64,000 nt of DNA from Pyrinomonadaceae bacterium (lineage in GTDB: Bacteria > Acidobacteriota > Blastocatellia > Pyrinomonadales > Pyrinomonadaceae), in NCBI GenBank assembly GCA_035296385.1, contig DATHBB010000171.1, positions 7,329-71,328 on the forward strand, given 5' to 3'. Shown here one piece after another: positions 8,464 to 19,620 of the stretch. Position 1 is the stretch's first letter, and every line of letters begins with the position of its first letter. The notes beneath the pieces are model-generated. The model saw nothing but the letters and a program-made list of their open reading frames with translations. It had not been told where the DNA came from and ran no database searches. The position numbers and the translations under genes were made by a program.

Positions 8464-10269
8464 TTACTTGATCTCTAAATCGAACGGCAGCATCGCCATC
8501 GTCTCGCCGCGTTTCATGTTTTCGAGGATGGAGAGGTAGCGCAGGGCACGGCGCATGTCCGCGGGCAAGGCCGATTCGAGCGCGGCGCGCTGCTCCCTGG
8601 CTTTAACGCTCGCGGCGTCCTCGTCGCCGCCGCCCATCCAACGTTGCAGGAAGGTGCGCGGCACGGGAAACACGACGCGGCGCACGCCTTTGTCGGCCGG
8701 GATATTCGCCAGCCCTTTGGCGACCTCGACCGCCCTGTCCAGCCCGCCGAACTCGTCAACCAGCCCGCGCTCTCTGGCCTGCGTGCCCGTCCAGACACGC
8801 CCCTGCGCGATGGAATCAACATACTCCACGTCGCGCCCGCGACCCTTCGCCACCTTCGGCAAAAAGTCGTCGTAATAAAAACTCTTCATCATCCCTTCAA
8901 ACTTGGCGCGCTCGTCTGCGTTGAACGGCTCGGTCTCGCGAAACATCCCGGCATGCTTGCCGCGCAGCACATACTCGTTGTTGACGCCGATCCAATCGTA
9001 GAAACCTTTGATGACCGGCTTGCCCGCGTAGACGCCGATGGAGCCTGTGATGGTCGAAGGCTGGGCGATGATCTTGCTCGCCGTCGCGGAGATGTAGTAG
9101 CCGCCCGAGGCCGCCACGTCGCCCATCGAGACGACGACCGGCTTCTGCGCTTTTGCTCGTTCGACCGCGTGCCAGATCACGTCGGACGCGTAAGAAGTGC
9201 CGCCCGGACTGTCAACGCGCAGCACGATGGCCTTGACGGTCTTGTCGTCGCGCGCGTCGTTCAGGGCTTTGACGACCGTGTCCGAACCCGTCGTTTGACC
9301 GCTGAACGCGCTGCCGTCATTTGACGAGCCGCCGCCGATGGGGCCGGACGCGAAGATGAGCGCGATGCGTTCGCCCTGGCCTAAGCCCACGGACTCGGGG
9401 CGCACGCGGGCATAGTCAGATTCTTTCACCCGACGCAGTTTGTCTGCGTCCTTGTAGCCGAGCCGTTTCTTGAGGTCGTCTTCCACCTCGTCGCGATACT
9501 TCGCGTCGTCAATCAGCCCCGCCGCTTTCGCCTCCCACGCGCCGAGCGGAGCGTTGTCAATAAGCGCGCGCACGTCCTCGGCGGATTTCCTGCGCGTCGC
9601 GGCAATCGTGTTCACGTAGCGCGCGAAGAACTCGTCGAGGATCGAGTTGATCACTTCGCGGCTCGCTTCCGACATCTCTTTGCGCGTGTACTGTTCGGGC
9701 GCGGTCTTGTACTTCCCGATCTGGTAGAAGTCGGCCTTGACGCCGAGTTTGTCGAGCGAGCCGCCGAGCGACATCACGTCCGCCGCGAGGCCGACGATGA
9801 AGAGATCGCCGATGGGCGCGACGTAGATGCGGTCGCAGGCGGTGGCGAGGTAATACTCCTTATTCGTGCCGTATTCCATGTAGGCGTAGACGGGTTTGCC
9901 GGTCGTGCGGAAGTCGGCGATTGTGTCGCGTATCTCGTCGGCCTTGCCCCAGCCGATCATCGTCATGTCTATCTCAAGCAGGATCGCGCCGATGCGTTTA
10001 TCGGCCTTTGCCTTCCTGATCTCCGAGAGCAGCCGCACGAGCGACCGCTCATCGCGGCCTAAGAACTGGCGCGCGAACGGGTCTTCGGGCACGTAATCGG
10101 GGAGCGCGCCTTCGAGTCTCAACACCAGCACGCTGTTGTCGCGGATGTCCGGCTCGCCGTCGCCGAAGGACGCGAACAACAACGCGACGCCGACCACGAC
10201 AACTAACGCCAACAGGACGAGCAGCCCCGCCACCCATAAAAAGATTTTCCCACCGCGTGACATAGCCAT
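8464..10269 (-). CDS. sppA: Signal peptide peptidase SppA, 67K type
   Basis: N-terminal membrane anchor followed by two tandem ClpP/crotonase-like S49 domains (VLRVDSPGGTSYASD, DVAASGGYYI). Confidence 0.9.
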   Translation of the reverse strand: MAMSRGGKIFLWVAGLLVLLALVVVVGVALLFASFGDGEPDIRDNSVLVLRLEGALPDYVPEDPFARQFLGRDERSLVRLLSEIRKAKADKRIGAILLEIDMTMIGWGKADEIRDTIADFRTTGKPVYAYMEYGTNKEYYLATACDRIYVAPIGDLFIVGLAADVMSLGGSLDKLGVKADFYQIGKYKTAPEQYTRKEMSEASREVINSILDEFFARYVNTIAATRRKSAEDVRALIDNAPLGAWEAKAAGLIDDAKYRDEVEDDLKKRLGYKDADKLRRVKESDYARVRPESVGLGQGERIALIFASGPIGGGSSNDGSAFSGQTTGSDTVVKALNDARDDKTVKAIVLRVDSPGGTSYASDVIWHAVERAKAQKPVVVSMGDVAASGGYYISATASKIIAQPSTITGSIGVYAGKPVIKGFYDWIGVNNEYVLRGKHAGMFRETEPFNADERAKFEGMMKSFYYDDFLPKVAKGRGRDVEYVDSIAQGRVWTGTQARERGLVDEFGGLDRAVEVAKGLANIPADKGVRRVVFPVPRTFLQRWMGGGDEDAASVKAREQRAALESALPADMRRALRYLSILENMKRGETMAMLPFDLEIK

Positions 10270-10730
10270 AATATTGCTTCAAGCGCTCCTGAAAATTAGC
10301 CTCCCCTTGCAGCATCGGGTTAGAACGGGAGTGCAATGTAAATACGCGAAACTCGCGGAAAAGTTTAGGCGCGCGGGCACGCCGCAGATGATACGAGAGA
10401 TCGCCATCCGGCCGTGTCCCGCCGCGAACGCCCGCGCCCTTCGCCACGCTCCGGCGCGCAACACGACTGCCTTGACACTATCACCCCCCGGTTATAGAGT
10501 CATACGCGTTTCCCCGGAGTCGCTCGAACGCGTTGAGTCAACGCACCGTCGAAACCGGCGTCCGCGGGCATTGTTTTAAACCTCATTTCCGAGACAGTCA
10601 TCGAACCGCGCACCTTCATCCGACTCTCGCACCGCTGTTTGTTATTTACGCCATCGAACTTTCATTTCCGGCCGTGACACTGCACGCAGTGTAATTAACC
10701 AACCGACCTCACCAATCACGGAGAAACAAT

Positions 10731-12995
10731 ATGCTTCACCTGCGCTTCGCCGTTCGTCATCAGCGGACGTGGCTTTATCTGATGGTGGCCGCCGCATTCT
10801 GCGCGCTCGCCCTGACGGGCACGCCGCCGCGAGTGTCCGGCGCATCCGTGGCGCGTCATGCCGATGACGTGCAGGCCGCGCCTGCCAACCACGTTCCCCA
10901 AATCCCCGTCGGCTTCGCCTACCGGCAGACAAATCTCGCCTCCGACGTTCCGGGACTCGCCTTGATCGAAGACCCACTGCTCGTCAACCCGTGGGGCATC
11001 TCGTTGAGCGCGACCGGCCCCTTCTGGATATCCAATAGCGGCAGGTCAACCTCATCGCTCTACCGCGGCGATGCGAACGGCGTCGTCTTCTTCAAGCAGC
11101 CCTACCTGCCCTCCATCACCATCCCGGACGGCAGCCCCACGGGATCGGTCGCCAATCCTGCGGCGAACGAATTCGTTCTCCCCGGCACATGCGCCGCCGC
11201 GCCGTGCGGGGCAAATGTTATCTTCGCCACGCTCACGGGCAACATCGTGGGTTGGAATCCGAACGCCCCGGCCGCCGGCTCGACCACCGGCGTCATCGCG
11301 GCGAGCCAGCCCAAGGGCTACACCGGCCTCGCCATCGGCAATAACGGCTCGGGCAATTTCCTCTACGCGGCCGGCGCCGGCCGGATTGACGTTTTCAACA
11401 GTTCTTACGAGCTTCAACCGGCGGCGAGCTTCCCGTTCGCCGACCCGACCATCCCGAACACGTCTGGGAACAGATACAGCCCTTACAACATTCAGGCCAT
11501 CGGCGGCTCGCTCTACGTCACCTACGAGAAGGTCGGCGTCGTAACCGGAGACGGAGAAGCTCTCGGCAACGGTTACGTTCGCAAGTTCGACATGAACGGC
11601 GTCCGCGACCCCACGTTCGCCATTGATAACGGCCCGCTCAACGCGCCCTGGGGCATCGCGCTTGCGCCTCCCACTTTCGGCCGCTACGGAGGCTCGCTCC
11701 TCATCGGCAATTCCGGTCGGTTCTCTCCCGGCAGCATCAACGCTTTTGACCCGGCAACCGGCGCGTTCCGCGGCGCGCTGCAAGACGAGGGCGGCAAAAG
11801 CATCGTGATCGAGAAACTGTGGGGGATCGTCTTCGGCAACGGCGCAGACGGCGGCGACCCGGACACGCTCTACTTCACCGCGGGACTCTACTTGAGGGCT
11901 AACGGCCTCTTCGGCTCGCTCAAACCCACCACGGCAACCGCCACGTCGCTCGTCCAGTTCAGTTCGTCGCACTACATCATTGACGAAAGCAGCGGCAGCA
12001 TCCAAGTCACCGTCACGCGTGACGGCGATGTCTCCGGCTCGGCGACCGTCAACTACGCCACCTACTCTCTCCTGACCGATGCGCATCCAAAAAATGATTA
12101 TGTGCCCGCTATCGGCACGCTCACGTTTGCTCCCGGCGAAACGAGCAAGACCTTCCGGGTGTTGCTCGTTGACGACAAGCACTATGACAGCCAGACGCTC
12201 CGTCTCGCCCTGAGCAACCCGACCGGAGCGGGACTCGGCAGCGTCAACCAGTCGTTGATTGCTATCATGGACAACGACACCAGGGGGGCGGCCTCCAACC
12301 CGATTGACGACACACCCTTCTTCGTCCGCCAGCACTATCTCGATTTCCTCGGGCGCGAAGCCGACACGGGCGGCTTCAACGCCTGGGTGAACGTGCTCGC
12401 GGGTTGCGCTTCGGGCAACACGGCGTGCGACCGCGTCACGGTCTCGCGTTCATTCTTCGAGTCGCCCGAATTTCAGAGCCGCGGCTACTTCATCATTCGC
12501 GCCTACATCGCCGCCTACGGGCGCAACCCGCTCTACGGCGAATTCGTGGGCGAACTCAACCGCCTGAACGGCGCGACCGCCGAAGAATCGAACGCGTTGC
12601 GCGCGGGCTTCGCCGGCGCGTTCGCCACGCGCAACGAATTCATCGCCACGCTCGGCGCGCTCACCAACGAGCAATACGTGGATCGGCTGATCGCAAATAC
12701 GGGGCTGGCCTTCCCGAACCGCGGCGCGCTCGTCGCCTCTCTCAACGCGGCGCAAAAGACGCGCGCACAGGTCTTGCAGGAGATCGTGGACAGTCCCCTG
12801 TTCGTCAACCACACTCCCACGTTCAACCGCGCCTACGTGCTCACGCAATACTTCGGCTATCTGGGTCGCAATCCCGATCAGGCGGGCTACGACATGTGGA
12901 TCAACTACCTGACGGCGAATCCGGGAGACTTCCGCACGATGGTCAACGGGTTCGTCAACTCTGTGGAATACCGCCTGCGCTTCGGGGCGGCTTAA
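10731..12995 (+). CDS. Secreted multidomain protein: TIGR03118-like N-terminal region, Calx-beta domain, DUF4214-like C-terminal repeats
   Basis: Signal peptide. YRQTNLASDVPGLALIEDPLLVNPWGIS is typical of TIGR03118-type proteins. VQFSSSHYIIDESSGSIQVTVTRDGDVSGSATVNYAT ... GTLTFAPGETSKTFRV is Calx-beta-like. FFVRQHYLDFLGREADTGGFNAWVN is DUF4214-like. Confidence 0.8.
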   Translation: MLHLRFAVRHQRTWLYLMVAAAFCALALTGTPPRVSGASVARHADDVQAAPANHVPQIPVGFAYRQTNLASDVPGLALIEDPLLVNPWGISLSATGPFWISNSGRSTSSLYRGDANGVVFFKQPYLPSITIPDGSPTGSVANPAANEFVLPGTCAAAPCGANVIFATLTGNIVGWNPNAPAAGSTTGVIAASQPKGYTGLAIGNNGSGNFLYAAGAGRIDVFNSSYELQPAASFPFADPTIPNTSGNRYSPYNIQAIGGSLYVTYEKVGVVTGDGEALGNGYVRKFDMNGVRDPTFAIDNGPLNAPWGIALAPPTFGRYGGSLLIGNSGRFSPGSINAFDPATGAFRGALQDEGGKSIVIEKLWGIVFGNGADGGDPDTLYFTAGLYLRANGLFGSLKPTTATATSLVQFSSSHYIIDESSGSIQVTVTRDGDVSGSATVNYATYSLLTDAHPKNDYVPAIGTLTFAPGETSKTFRVLLVDDKHYDSQTLRLALSNPTGAGLGSVNQSLIAIMDNDTRGAASNPIDDTPFFVRQHYLDFLGREADTGGFNAWVNVLAGCASGNTACDRVTVSRSFFESPEFQSRGYFIIRAYIAAYGRNPLYGEFVGELNRLNGATAEESNALRAGFAGAFATRNEFIATLGALTNEQYVDRLIANTGLAFPNRGALVASLNAAQKTRAQVLQEIVDSPLFVNHTPTFNRAYVLTQYFGYLGRNPDQAGYDMWINYLTANPGDFRTMVNGFVNSVEYRLRFGAA

Positions 12996-13020
12996 CAACC
13001 GCCCGCTCTCCCCGCAGGCG

Positions 13021-13066
13021 AAAAGCAGAGAGGACAGCCCAACCGGACTGTCCTCTTTGCTTTTTT
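13021..13066 (+). terminator. Rho-independent terminator
   Basis: aaaagcagagaggacag / ctgtcctctttgctttttt: hairpin plus T-tract, 26 nt after the stop at 12995. Confidence 0.8.
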
Positions 13067-13152
13067 GCCCGCGAGCGCCGGGAACAGTAGGACGCGCCCG
13101 ATGCGCCGACGACCGACGTTCAGAACAGACGACGCGCCCGTGACCTCGCCGC

Positions 13153-14262
13153 TTATCGTTTCACGATCCAGCCGCCGCCGAGCACTTCGTCGCCGCGATA
13201 GAAGACGGTCGCCTGTCCGGGCGCGATGGCGCGTTGCGGTTCGTCGAAGATGACGCGCGCGCGTCTGTCCGCGAGCGGCTCGACCGTCGCGGGGGCGGGC
13301 GCGTGGCGATAACGCACGCGCACCTCCGCGCGCACGGGCGCGTTCGGCTCGTCGAAGCTGATCCAGTTGACGCCCGCGGCCGTGAACTCGGAGGCGAGCA
13401 ACTCGTCGCTCTCGCCGACGACCACGCGGTTATGCTCCGCGTCAACTTTGACTACGTAGAGCGGCAGCGGGCGCGACAGCCCCAAGCCGCGACGCTGGCC
13501 GACCGTGTAGTGATGCACGCCCTGATGCTCGCCGAGCACGCGCCCCGACGCGTCAACGATCTCGCCCGCGCCGGGCAGACGGCGCGTCTCGCCCTCGGAT
13601 TCCAGATAACGATCTATGAAGCCCGCGTAGTCGCCGTCGGGCACGAAACAGATTTCCTGCGACTCGGCCTTTTCCGACACGGCGAGGTTGAAACGCCGCG
13701 CCGCCGCGCGCGCCTCCTCCTTACGCATCTCGCCGAGCGGAAACATCGCGTGCGCCAGTTGCGCCTGCGTCAACTCCCACAGGAAATAGGATTGATCCTT
13801 GTTCGCGTCGCGCCCGCGCAAAAGTCTGTGCCGCGCGGTCGCTTCGTCCACCGAGACGCGCGCGTAATGTCCCGTCGCCACGCGCTCGCAGCCGAGGCTT
13901 TGCGCCATCCGGTCGAGCGAGGCGAACTTCAGACGGCTGTTGCAGGCCACGCAGGGAATCGGCGTCTCGCCTTCCAGATAACTCGTGACGAACGGCTGCA
14001 CCACGTCGCGCTCGAAATCCTGTTCGAGATTCAGGACGTAGAAGGGAAAGCCGAGTTCTCCGGCCACGCGTCGCGCGTCGTACACGTCGTCGAGCGAGCA
14101 GCAGCGCGAGGGCAGAGGGTCGCCGTGTTCGTCCACGTTGATGTTGCGGTTCTGATTCCACAACTGCATCGTGAAGCCGACGAGTTCGTGCCCTGCCGCC
14201 TGTAAAATCGCCGCCGCCGCCGAAGAATCAACGCCGCCGCTCATCGCCACCGCAATCTTCAT
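13153..14262 (-). CDS. mnmA: tRNA 2-thiouridine(34) synthase
   Basis: [19 protein letters not shown]-loop, conserved Cys residues and full-length MnmA-like sequence. GAGG RBS at 14267..14270. Confidence 0.95.
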   Translation of the reverse strand: MKIAVAMSGGVDSSAAAAILQAAGHELVGFTMQLWNQNRNINVDEHGDPLPSRCCSLDDVYDARRVAGELGFPFYVLNLEQDFERDVVQPFVTSYLEGETPIPCVACNSRLKFASLDRMAQSLGCERVATGHYARVSVDEATARHRLLRGRDANKDQSYFLWELTQAQLAHAMFPLGEMRKEEARAAARRFNLAVSEKAESQEICFVPDGDYAGFIDRYLESEGETRRLPGAGEIVDASGRVLGEHQGVHHYTVGQRRGLGLSRPLPLYVVKVDAEHNRVVVGESDELLASEFTAAGVNWISFDEPNAPVRAEVRVRYRHAPAPATVEPLADRRARVIFDEPQRAIAPGQATVFYRGDEVLGGGWIVKR

Positions 14263-14270
14263 AAAACCTC

Positions 14271-14346
14271 GTGAATGGTGAATGGTAAATGGTGAATGGG
14301 GAAAACCGTTGTTTCATCGTTTACCATTCTCTATTTACCATTTACC
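14271..14346. repeat. Heptad-periodic palindromic element H3 (GTGAATG family)
   Basis: gtgaatg gtgaatg gtaaatg gtgaatg ... cgtttaccattctctatttaccatttacc. Imperfect inverted repeat lying 9 nt upstream of the mnmA start, inside its 5' UTR. Confidence 0.85.
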
Positions 14347-14461
14347 GCTTTTGCTTCCCCTTTGCAGCGGGTGTTAAGATTCCCACACAGACAACAAATG
14401 TGCCTGACAGATAACAGTTAAGGATAACCGAAACGGCGGGAAAGTTCAGCCGTGCGAGAGA

Positions 14462-14515
14462 GTCCCAAATCTCAAGTACCGGGTCAATCGGGCTTTCGGA
14501 CTTGAGACTTGGGAC
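14462..14515. promoter_or_regulatory. Inverted repeat in the leader of the CbbQ-like gene
   Basis: gtcccaaatctcaagt (14462..14477) and acttgagacttgggac (14500..14515): 16-nt arms with 1 mismatch, ending 15 nt before the ATG at 14531. Confidence 0.5.
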
Positions 14516-14530
14516 ATTGGGACTATAAGC

Positions 14531-15334
14531 ATGGAAAGAGCCATCGCAGAATACACCGTCGCCGAAGAGCCTTATTACCTGCCCGTGGCGGGCGAGGTGG
14601 AGATGTTCGAGGCGGCGAACGCGGCGCGCCTGCCCGTGATGTTGAAGGGGCCGACGGGCTGCGGCAAGACGCGCTTCGTCGAGCACATGGCGTGGCGCTT
14701 GCAGCGCCCGCTCATCACGGTGGCGTGCCATGAAGATTTGTCCGCGACCGACCTCGTCGGCCGCTTCCTGCTCGAAGGCGAAGAGACCGTCTGGCACGAC
14801 GGGCCGCTCACGTCGGCGGTCAAGAGCGGCGCGATCTGTTATCTGGACGAAGTGGTGGAGGCGCGCAAGGACACGGTCGTCATCATCCACCCGCTCACCG
14901 ATCACCGCCGCCGCCTGCCCATCGAGAAGCGCGGCACGATACTCGATGCGCCCGACGATTTCATGCTCGTCGTCTCCTACAACCCCGGCTACCAGTCGGT
15001 CTTGAAAGACCTCAAGCAGTCAACGCGCCAACGCTTCGTCTCGCTCGAATTCGACTACCCGCCCGCCGAACTCGAAGCCGAGATCGTCGCCCGCGAAGGG
15101 GGCGTCGAAGAGACGACGGCGCGCGACCTCGTGCAGATCGGCCACAAGGTCAGAAACCTGCGCGGCCACGGCCTCGAAGAAGGCGTCTCCACGCGCCTCC
15201 TCATCTACGCCGCCCAACTCATCGCGCGCGGCATCCCCTCGATCACCGCCGCCGAAGTCGCCCTCGCCTCGCCCATCACCGACGACCGCGAACTACAGCG
15301 CAGCATCCGCGAGATCATCACGACCGTGATCTAA
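14531..15334 (+). CDS. MoxR-class AAA+ ATPase, CbbQ/NirQ/NorQ family
   Basis: 267 aa. Walker A GPTGCGKT and Walker B ICYLDEV. Size and overall sequence are typical of CbbQ/NorQ. Confidence 0.9.
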   Translation: MERAIAEYTVAEEPYYLPVAGEVEMFEAANAARLPVMLKGPTGCGKTRFVEHMAWRLQRPLITVACHEDLSATDLVGRFLLEGEETVWHDGPLTSAVKSGAICYLDEVVEARKDTVVIIHPLTDHRRRLPIEKRGTILDAPDDFMLVVSYNPGYQSVLKDLKQSTRQRFVSLEFDYPPAELEAEIVAREGGVEETTARDLVQIGHKVRNLRGHGLEEGVSTRLLIYAAQLIARGIPSITAAEVALASPITDDRELQRSIREIITTVI

Positions 15335-15346
15335 CTTCCCACTACT

Positions 15347-15892
15347 ATGGACGAAGCCTTAGCCGAATACTTCCTCGAAGACGCGCTGGCGGTCTTTCGC
15401 AAGTATAAGAAACTCGCCGAGGGTGCGTTGGCGCAACTCGACGACGAGCAGTTCTTCGCGCAGATTGACGCGGAGGCGAACAGCGTCGCCGTGATCGTGA
15501 AGCACCTGGCGGGCAACATGCGCTCGCGTTGGACTGATTTTTTGACGACGGACGGCGAGAAGCCGGACAGGGATCGCGACGCGGAGTTTCGCCTTGAAGC
15601 TAGCACGACGCGGGCGGAGGTGATGAGTTGGTGGGACGGGGCTTGGCAATGCGTGTTCGAGGCGGTCGAACCGCTCAACCCGTCAGACCTCTCGCGCACG
15701 GTGTCAATCAGGGGCGAGCCGCACACGGTCGTCAAGGCGATCAACCGGCAGTTGACGCACTACGCGTATCACGTCGGGCAGATCGTGCTGCTGGCGAAGC
15801 ATTTCAAATCCGGCGGCTGGGAATCTTTGAGCATCGCGCCGGGGGCTTCGGAAGCGTTCAATCAATCCATGCGCGGGAGCGAAACGTCTTGA
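15347..15892 (+). CDS. DinB-superfamily protein (DUF1572-like)
   Basis: 181 aa. [37 protein letters not shown] and the C-terminal [11 protein letters not shown] are consistent with a His-based four-helix DinB fold. Confidence 0.75.
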   Translation: MDEALAEYFLEDALAVFRKYKKLAEGALAQLDDEQFFAQIDAEANSVAVIVKHLAGNMRSRWTDFLTTDGEKPDRDRDAEFRLEASTTRAEVMSWWDGAWQCVFEAVEPLNPSDLSRTVSIRGEPHTVVKAINRQLTHYAYHVGQIVLLAKHFKSGGWESLSIAPGASEAFNQSMRGSETS

Positions 15893-15929
15893 GGCTAAGG
15901 TTAGTCCATGTGCGGTTAGTTATGAAGCG

Positions 15930-18900
15930 ATGAGCGAGCGGGAAGAGAAAGAGATGCGCGACGCGGAGGCGAGCGAAACGGAGGCGGTTGAATCGCTGCC
16001 GGTGGCCGAAGCCCTGCGCGAACAACTCGGCGAGGTGCGGAGCGCGAGCGAGCAGCGAACCATCGCGGGACTCGTGCGCGAGATCGGCAAACTTCCCGCC
16101 GACCGCACGCGCGCCGTGCTTGAAGTGAGCGCGCAACTGGCGGCTCTGAGTTTGCGCGTGAGTCTGGAGTTTTTGCGCGCGGCGACGGGTGCGGCGCAGG
16201 TGTTGGAAGCGGCGGGGTTGCGCGAGTGGGGCGACATGGGGTGTCGGCTGGCGTCGGCCGACGTTGAGACGGGCGCGAACTTCTTTAAGGCGGGCGTGGC
16301 GGAACTGCTCGAAGTGCCCTCGGAAGCGCGCCCGCTGCTGTTTCAGGTTTGCGCGCGCCAGTCGCCGCTCTCGACCTCTATCGCCACCGAGACTTTCAAA
16401 CGCGCGCCGGAACTGGCGCGCGCCGCCGGAGACGGCGAATCGCTCGCCTCGACTTACGAAGTCGCGCTTGAGATCGCGCGCCGCTCCGCGCGCCACAGTG
16501 CGGACTTTCTCGCCGCCTCGCCCGCCGCCTTCGCGCATCTGGAAAAGTATGGCGCGGCGGAAGATGCGGGGCAAAATGAAGTGGCGCGCGCCGCGCTGCA
16601 CCTCGCCGCGATGTTCGCGCGGCGCGCGGGCGGCGTGGCCGCCGATGCGTGGGCGGGACTTCCCGCCGCCACCGACGGTCTCGGCGCGGAACAGGCACGC
16701 ACTCTCTTTCATCACACAGAGCAGTTTCTCGAACGCGGCGGCGCGGCGGCGCTGCACTTTCTCGTTGCGGGCGGCGAGGTGCTCAGGCTCGCGCCGCAGG
16801 TCTTCACGGATTGGACGGCACTGCTCGGCACGGTCGCGGCGCAGGGCAACGCCCCGCTCATCTCGCTCGCGCGCCACAGCCCGCTTTTCTTCCACGCGCT
16901 CCCCTCACACGGGGCGCGCGCCAATTACAGAGCCGAACTGGCGCGGCGCGTCATCGCCGCGACGCGCGCCGTGGTCGAGGTGGATGCGGAGGCGGCGATC
17001 TCCTGTTTTCGTTCCGCGCCGGCGGCGTTGCGTGCGGCTTCCATCGAACAGTTTGAGCAGTGGGCGCGTGACGGCCTCGCGCTGAAACGCAACGACGCGC
17101 GCTCGCGCCGCAGTTACTACGGACTCGAAACGAGGCAGAGCAATGCCGCGCTCGCCGAGGGCGGCATGGGACTCTCGCTCGATGCGGTTGCGCCGACGCT
17201 TCGCCTCTACGTCGAGGGCTTAACGGGACGCGCCGTGGATGTCGCCTCGCTTGCGGCCGTGCCCGACGAGTCGCGCATCGGAGACGGCCGCACGATCCAC
17301 CTGCCCGCGTCGGTCGCGGAGTTTGCCGACGACGAGCGCAACTTCCGTCTCTACAAAGTGCTCGCCGCGCACGCCGCCGGGCAGATCGAATTCGGCACGC
17401 ACGCACGCGCCGGTAATGTTGGGGAAGGGAGCGCACCTCTGCGCGCCGCCTTCGCCTCAATCGCCGAACTCTACGCCGAAGAGAACGCCGATGCGCTCGA
17501 CGCCTTCGCGCTCGACGGCTACATCAACGATCCTGCAAAGAGCGAACCCGCCCTCGCGCCCGCCGAGGAGGCGCGGCGCGCGCGCGCGAAACGGCGGCGA
17601 ATGCCGAAGGAGGCCGACTATCGCGCCGTGCTCCTCCTCTTCCCGCTCCCCGTGCTTGCCGCGCGCATTTTCGGCACGCTGGAGAACGGCCGCATTGACA
17701 GGCGACTGCGCCACGCCTATCGCGGCCTCGCGCGCGATCTCGATCTCGTCCGCTCGCACCTGCGCGCGAGTCGCCCGCGCATCGCCGCCGTGCCCCTCAC
17801 GCTCGTGCCCTTCGAGTTGCTCTTCCAGATCACTCTGTGCGGCGGCGCGCTCGACGACGCGCGTTCCTTCTACGGCCAGATCGTCGCGGAACTCGAATCA
17901 ATCGTCGCCGATTACCTCGGCGGCGCGTCAGCCTCGGTCGCGGACACCTTGATGGCGACGAGCCGCGTCTACACGCTCTTTCAATCCGTCACGCCGCAGG
18001 AGACCGAACAGCAGGAGCAGCAGTCGGACGCGAACGACGACGGCGGCAGCGGCGCGGAGTCGCAACTCGACGACTCGAACCGGCGCGATCCGAATAACCC
18101 GGACGCGCAGCCGCAAAAAGACCCGCCGCCGAACGACGCGCGCGAACTCTTCAACGCGTGGGCGAAGTCGAACTCTTCCGTCGAGGACGCGGCCGAGCAG
18201 CTTTTCGGCGCGGAGCGTTGGACGCAGTCGCAGTCGCCGGAGCAGGAATTGGAGGCGGGCGAAGTGGCCTACAGTTACGACGAGTGGGATCGCGAACTCG
18301 CGGACACGCGTGTCAACTGGTGTCGCGTCGTCGAGAAGCGCGTCAGGAACGGCGACCGCTCGTTCGTCGAACTGACCCGCTCGCGTTATCGCGGCGTCAT
18401 CTCTTCGATCAAACACCAGTTTCAGTTGATGCGGCCGGAAAGTTTGCTGCGCGTCCGCAACGAACTCGACGGCGACGACTACGATCTGGACGCCGTCATC
18501 AACTACGTCGCAGACCGCCGCGCCGACGGCCGACAGTCCGAGCGGCTCTACACGAAACGCCTGCGCCGCGAGCGCGACGTGGCCGTGTCGTTCCTGCTCG
18601 ACCAGTCTTCTTCCACGGCGCGCACTATCGGCCGCCACCCCTTGCAACCTTACACGCACCCCGGCCGCCGCATCATCGAGATCGAAAAGGAAGGACTCGT
18701 CCTGATGAGCGAGGCGCTCGAAGCCGTGGGCGACGCCTACGCCATCTACGGCTTCACGTCCGAGGGGCGGCGCAACGTGAAGTTTTACGTCGTCAAAGAT
18801 TTCGACGAGCGCCACTCCGAAGAGATCGAGCGGCGCATCGGCGGCATTAACTATCAACACAACACGCGGCTCGGCGCAGCCGTCCGCCACGCCGCCGCGC

Positions 18901-19181
18901 GCCTGCGCACGCAGGAAGCGCGCACGCGCCTGCTTGTAGTACTCTCCGACGGGCGGCCTTACGATCACGACTACGGCGACGCGCGGTACGCGCGCGAAGA
19001 CACGCGTGAGGCGCTCCGGCAGGCGCGCCTCTCGGGCATCACCCCTTTTTGCATCACCATCGACCGCGACTCCGAAGCGGAACTCAAAGACCTCTACGGC
19101 GAAGTCGGCTACACGATCATAGACGACGTGCTAAGTCTTCCCGAACGCATGCCCGCAATCTACCGTAGGCTGACGACGTGA
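15930..19181 (+). CDS. VWA-domain protein, CbbO/NorD-like partner of the AAA+ ATPase
   Basis: 1083 aa. C-terminal VWA domain with MIDAS-like LLDQSSST, then [31 protein letters not shown] and PFCITID. Long helical N-terminal region as in CbbO/NorD. Confidence 0.85.
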   Translation: MSEREEKEMRDAEASETEAVESLPVAEALREQLGEVRSASEQRTIAGLVREIGKLPADRTRAVLEVSAQLAALSLRVSLEFLRAATGAAQVLEAAGLREWGDMGCRLASADVETGANFFKAGVAELLEVPSEARPLLFQVCARQSPLSTSIATETFKRAPELARAAGDGESLASTYEVALEIARRSARHSADFLAASPAAFAHLEKYGAAEDAGQNEVARAALHLAAMFARRAGGVAADAWAGLPAATDGLGAEQARTLFHHTEQFLERGGAAALHFLVAGGEVLRLAPQVFTDWTALLGTVAAQGNAPLISLARHSPLFFHALPSHGARANYRAELARRVIAATRAVVEVDAEAAISCFRSAPAALRAASIEQFEQWARDGLALKRNDARSRRSYYGLETRQSNAALAEGGMGLSLDAVAPTLRLYVEGLTGRAVDVASLAAVPDESRIGDGRTIHLPASVAEFADDERNFRLYKVLAAHAAGQIEFGTHARAGNVGEGSAPLRAAFASIAELYAEENADALDAFALDGYINDPAKSEPALAPAEEARRARAKRRRMPKEADYRAVLLLFPLPVLAARIFGTLENGRIDRRLRHAYRGLARDLDLVRSHLRASRPRIAAVPLTLVPFELLFQITLCGGALDDARSFYGQIVAELESIVADYLGGASASVADTLMATSRVYTLFQSVTPQETEQQEQQSDANDDGGSGAESQLDDSNRRDPNNPDAQPQKDPPPNDARELFNAWAKSNSSVEDAAEQLFGAERWTQSQSPEQELEAGEVAYSYDEWDRELADTRVNWCRVVEKRVRNGDRSFVELTRSRYRGVISSIKHQFQLMRPESLLRVRNELDGDDYDLDAVINYVADRRADGRQSERLYTKRLRRERDVAVSFLLDQSSSTARTIGRHPLQPYTHPGRRIIEIEKEGLVLMSEALEAVGDAYAIYGFTSEGRRNVKFYVVKDFDERHSEEIERRIGGINYQHNTRLGAAVRHAAARLRTQEARTRLLVVLSDGRPYDHDYGDARYAREDTREALRQARLSGITPFCITIDRDSEAELKDLYGEVGYTIIDDVLSLPERMPAIYRRLTT

Positions 19182-19239
19182 GTGGAAATTGAAGGGGGCG
19201 GCGCGGGCAGGAAAACCGGCGGGCGCGAGAAAATTAAAA

Positions 19240-19283
19240 GGGTGAGTCTCGGAAACTTGCAGGTAAACGAGACTCACCCTTTT
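19240..19283 (+). terminator. Rho-independent terminator
   Basis: 12-bp perfect stem gggtgagtctcg / cgagactcaccc followed by tttt, 59 nt after the stop at 19181. Confidence 0.8.
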
Positions 19284-19620
19284 GCCTCTAGCTCTTCATG
19301 TTTGGAGCACACGCCGAAACGCATCGCCTCACAGGAGACTCAAAATCGGCTCCGCGCTCGCGTGTCGGGCGGGATTTTACGCCCGCCTGCGCGGCGCGTC
19401 TGCGCGCTGACGTACAGAATAAAAGTTCCGTTCGTTATATTTTCGCCAAACAGAATTCGTAAAAACGGTCAAACGATTGCGCGCAAGAATGCAGGGTGCT
19501 CGTCATTCTTGTAATTGTAACTTTGAACCGCACGCGCTCATCCGGCTGGCCGAAAGCCGGACGAACCGCAGGCGTGTGCGGTGAAATTCAACCAGGCGGC
19601 TTCACACAGGAGGAACTTCA

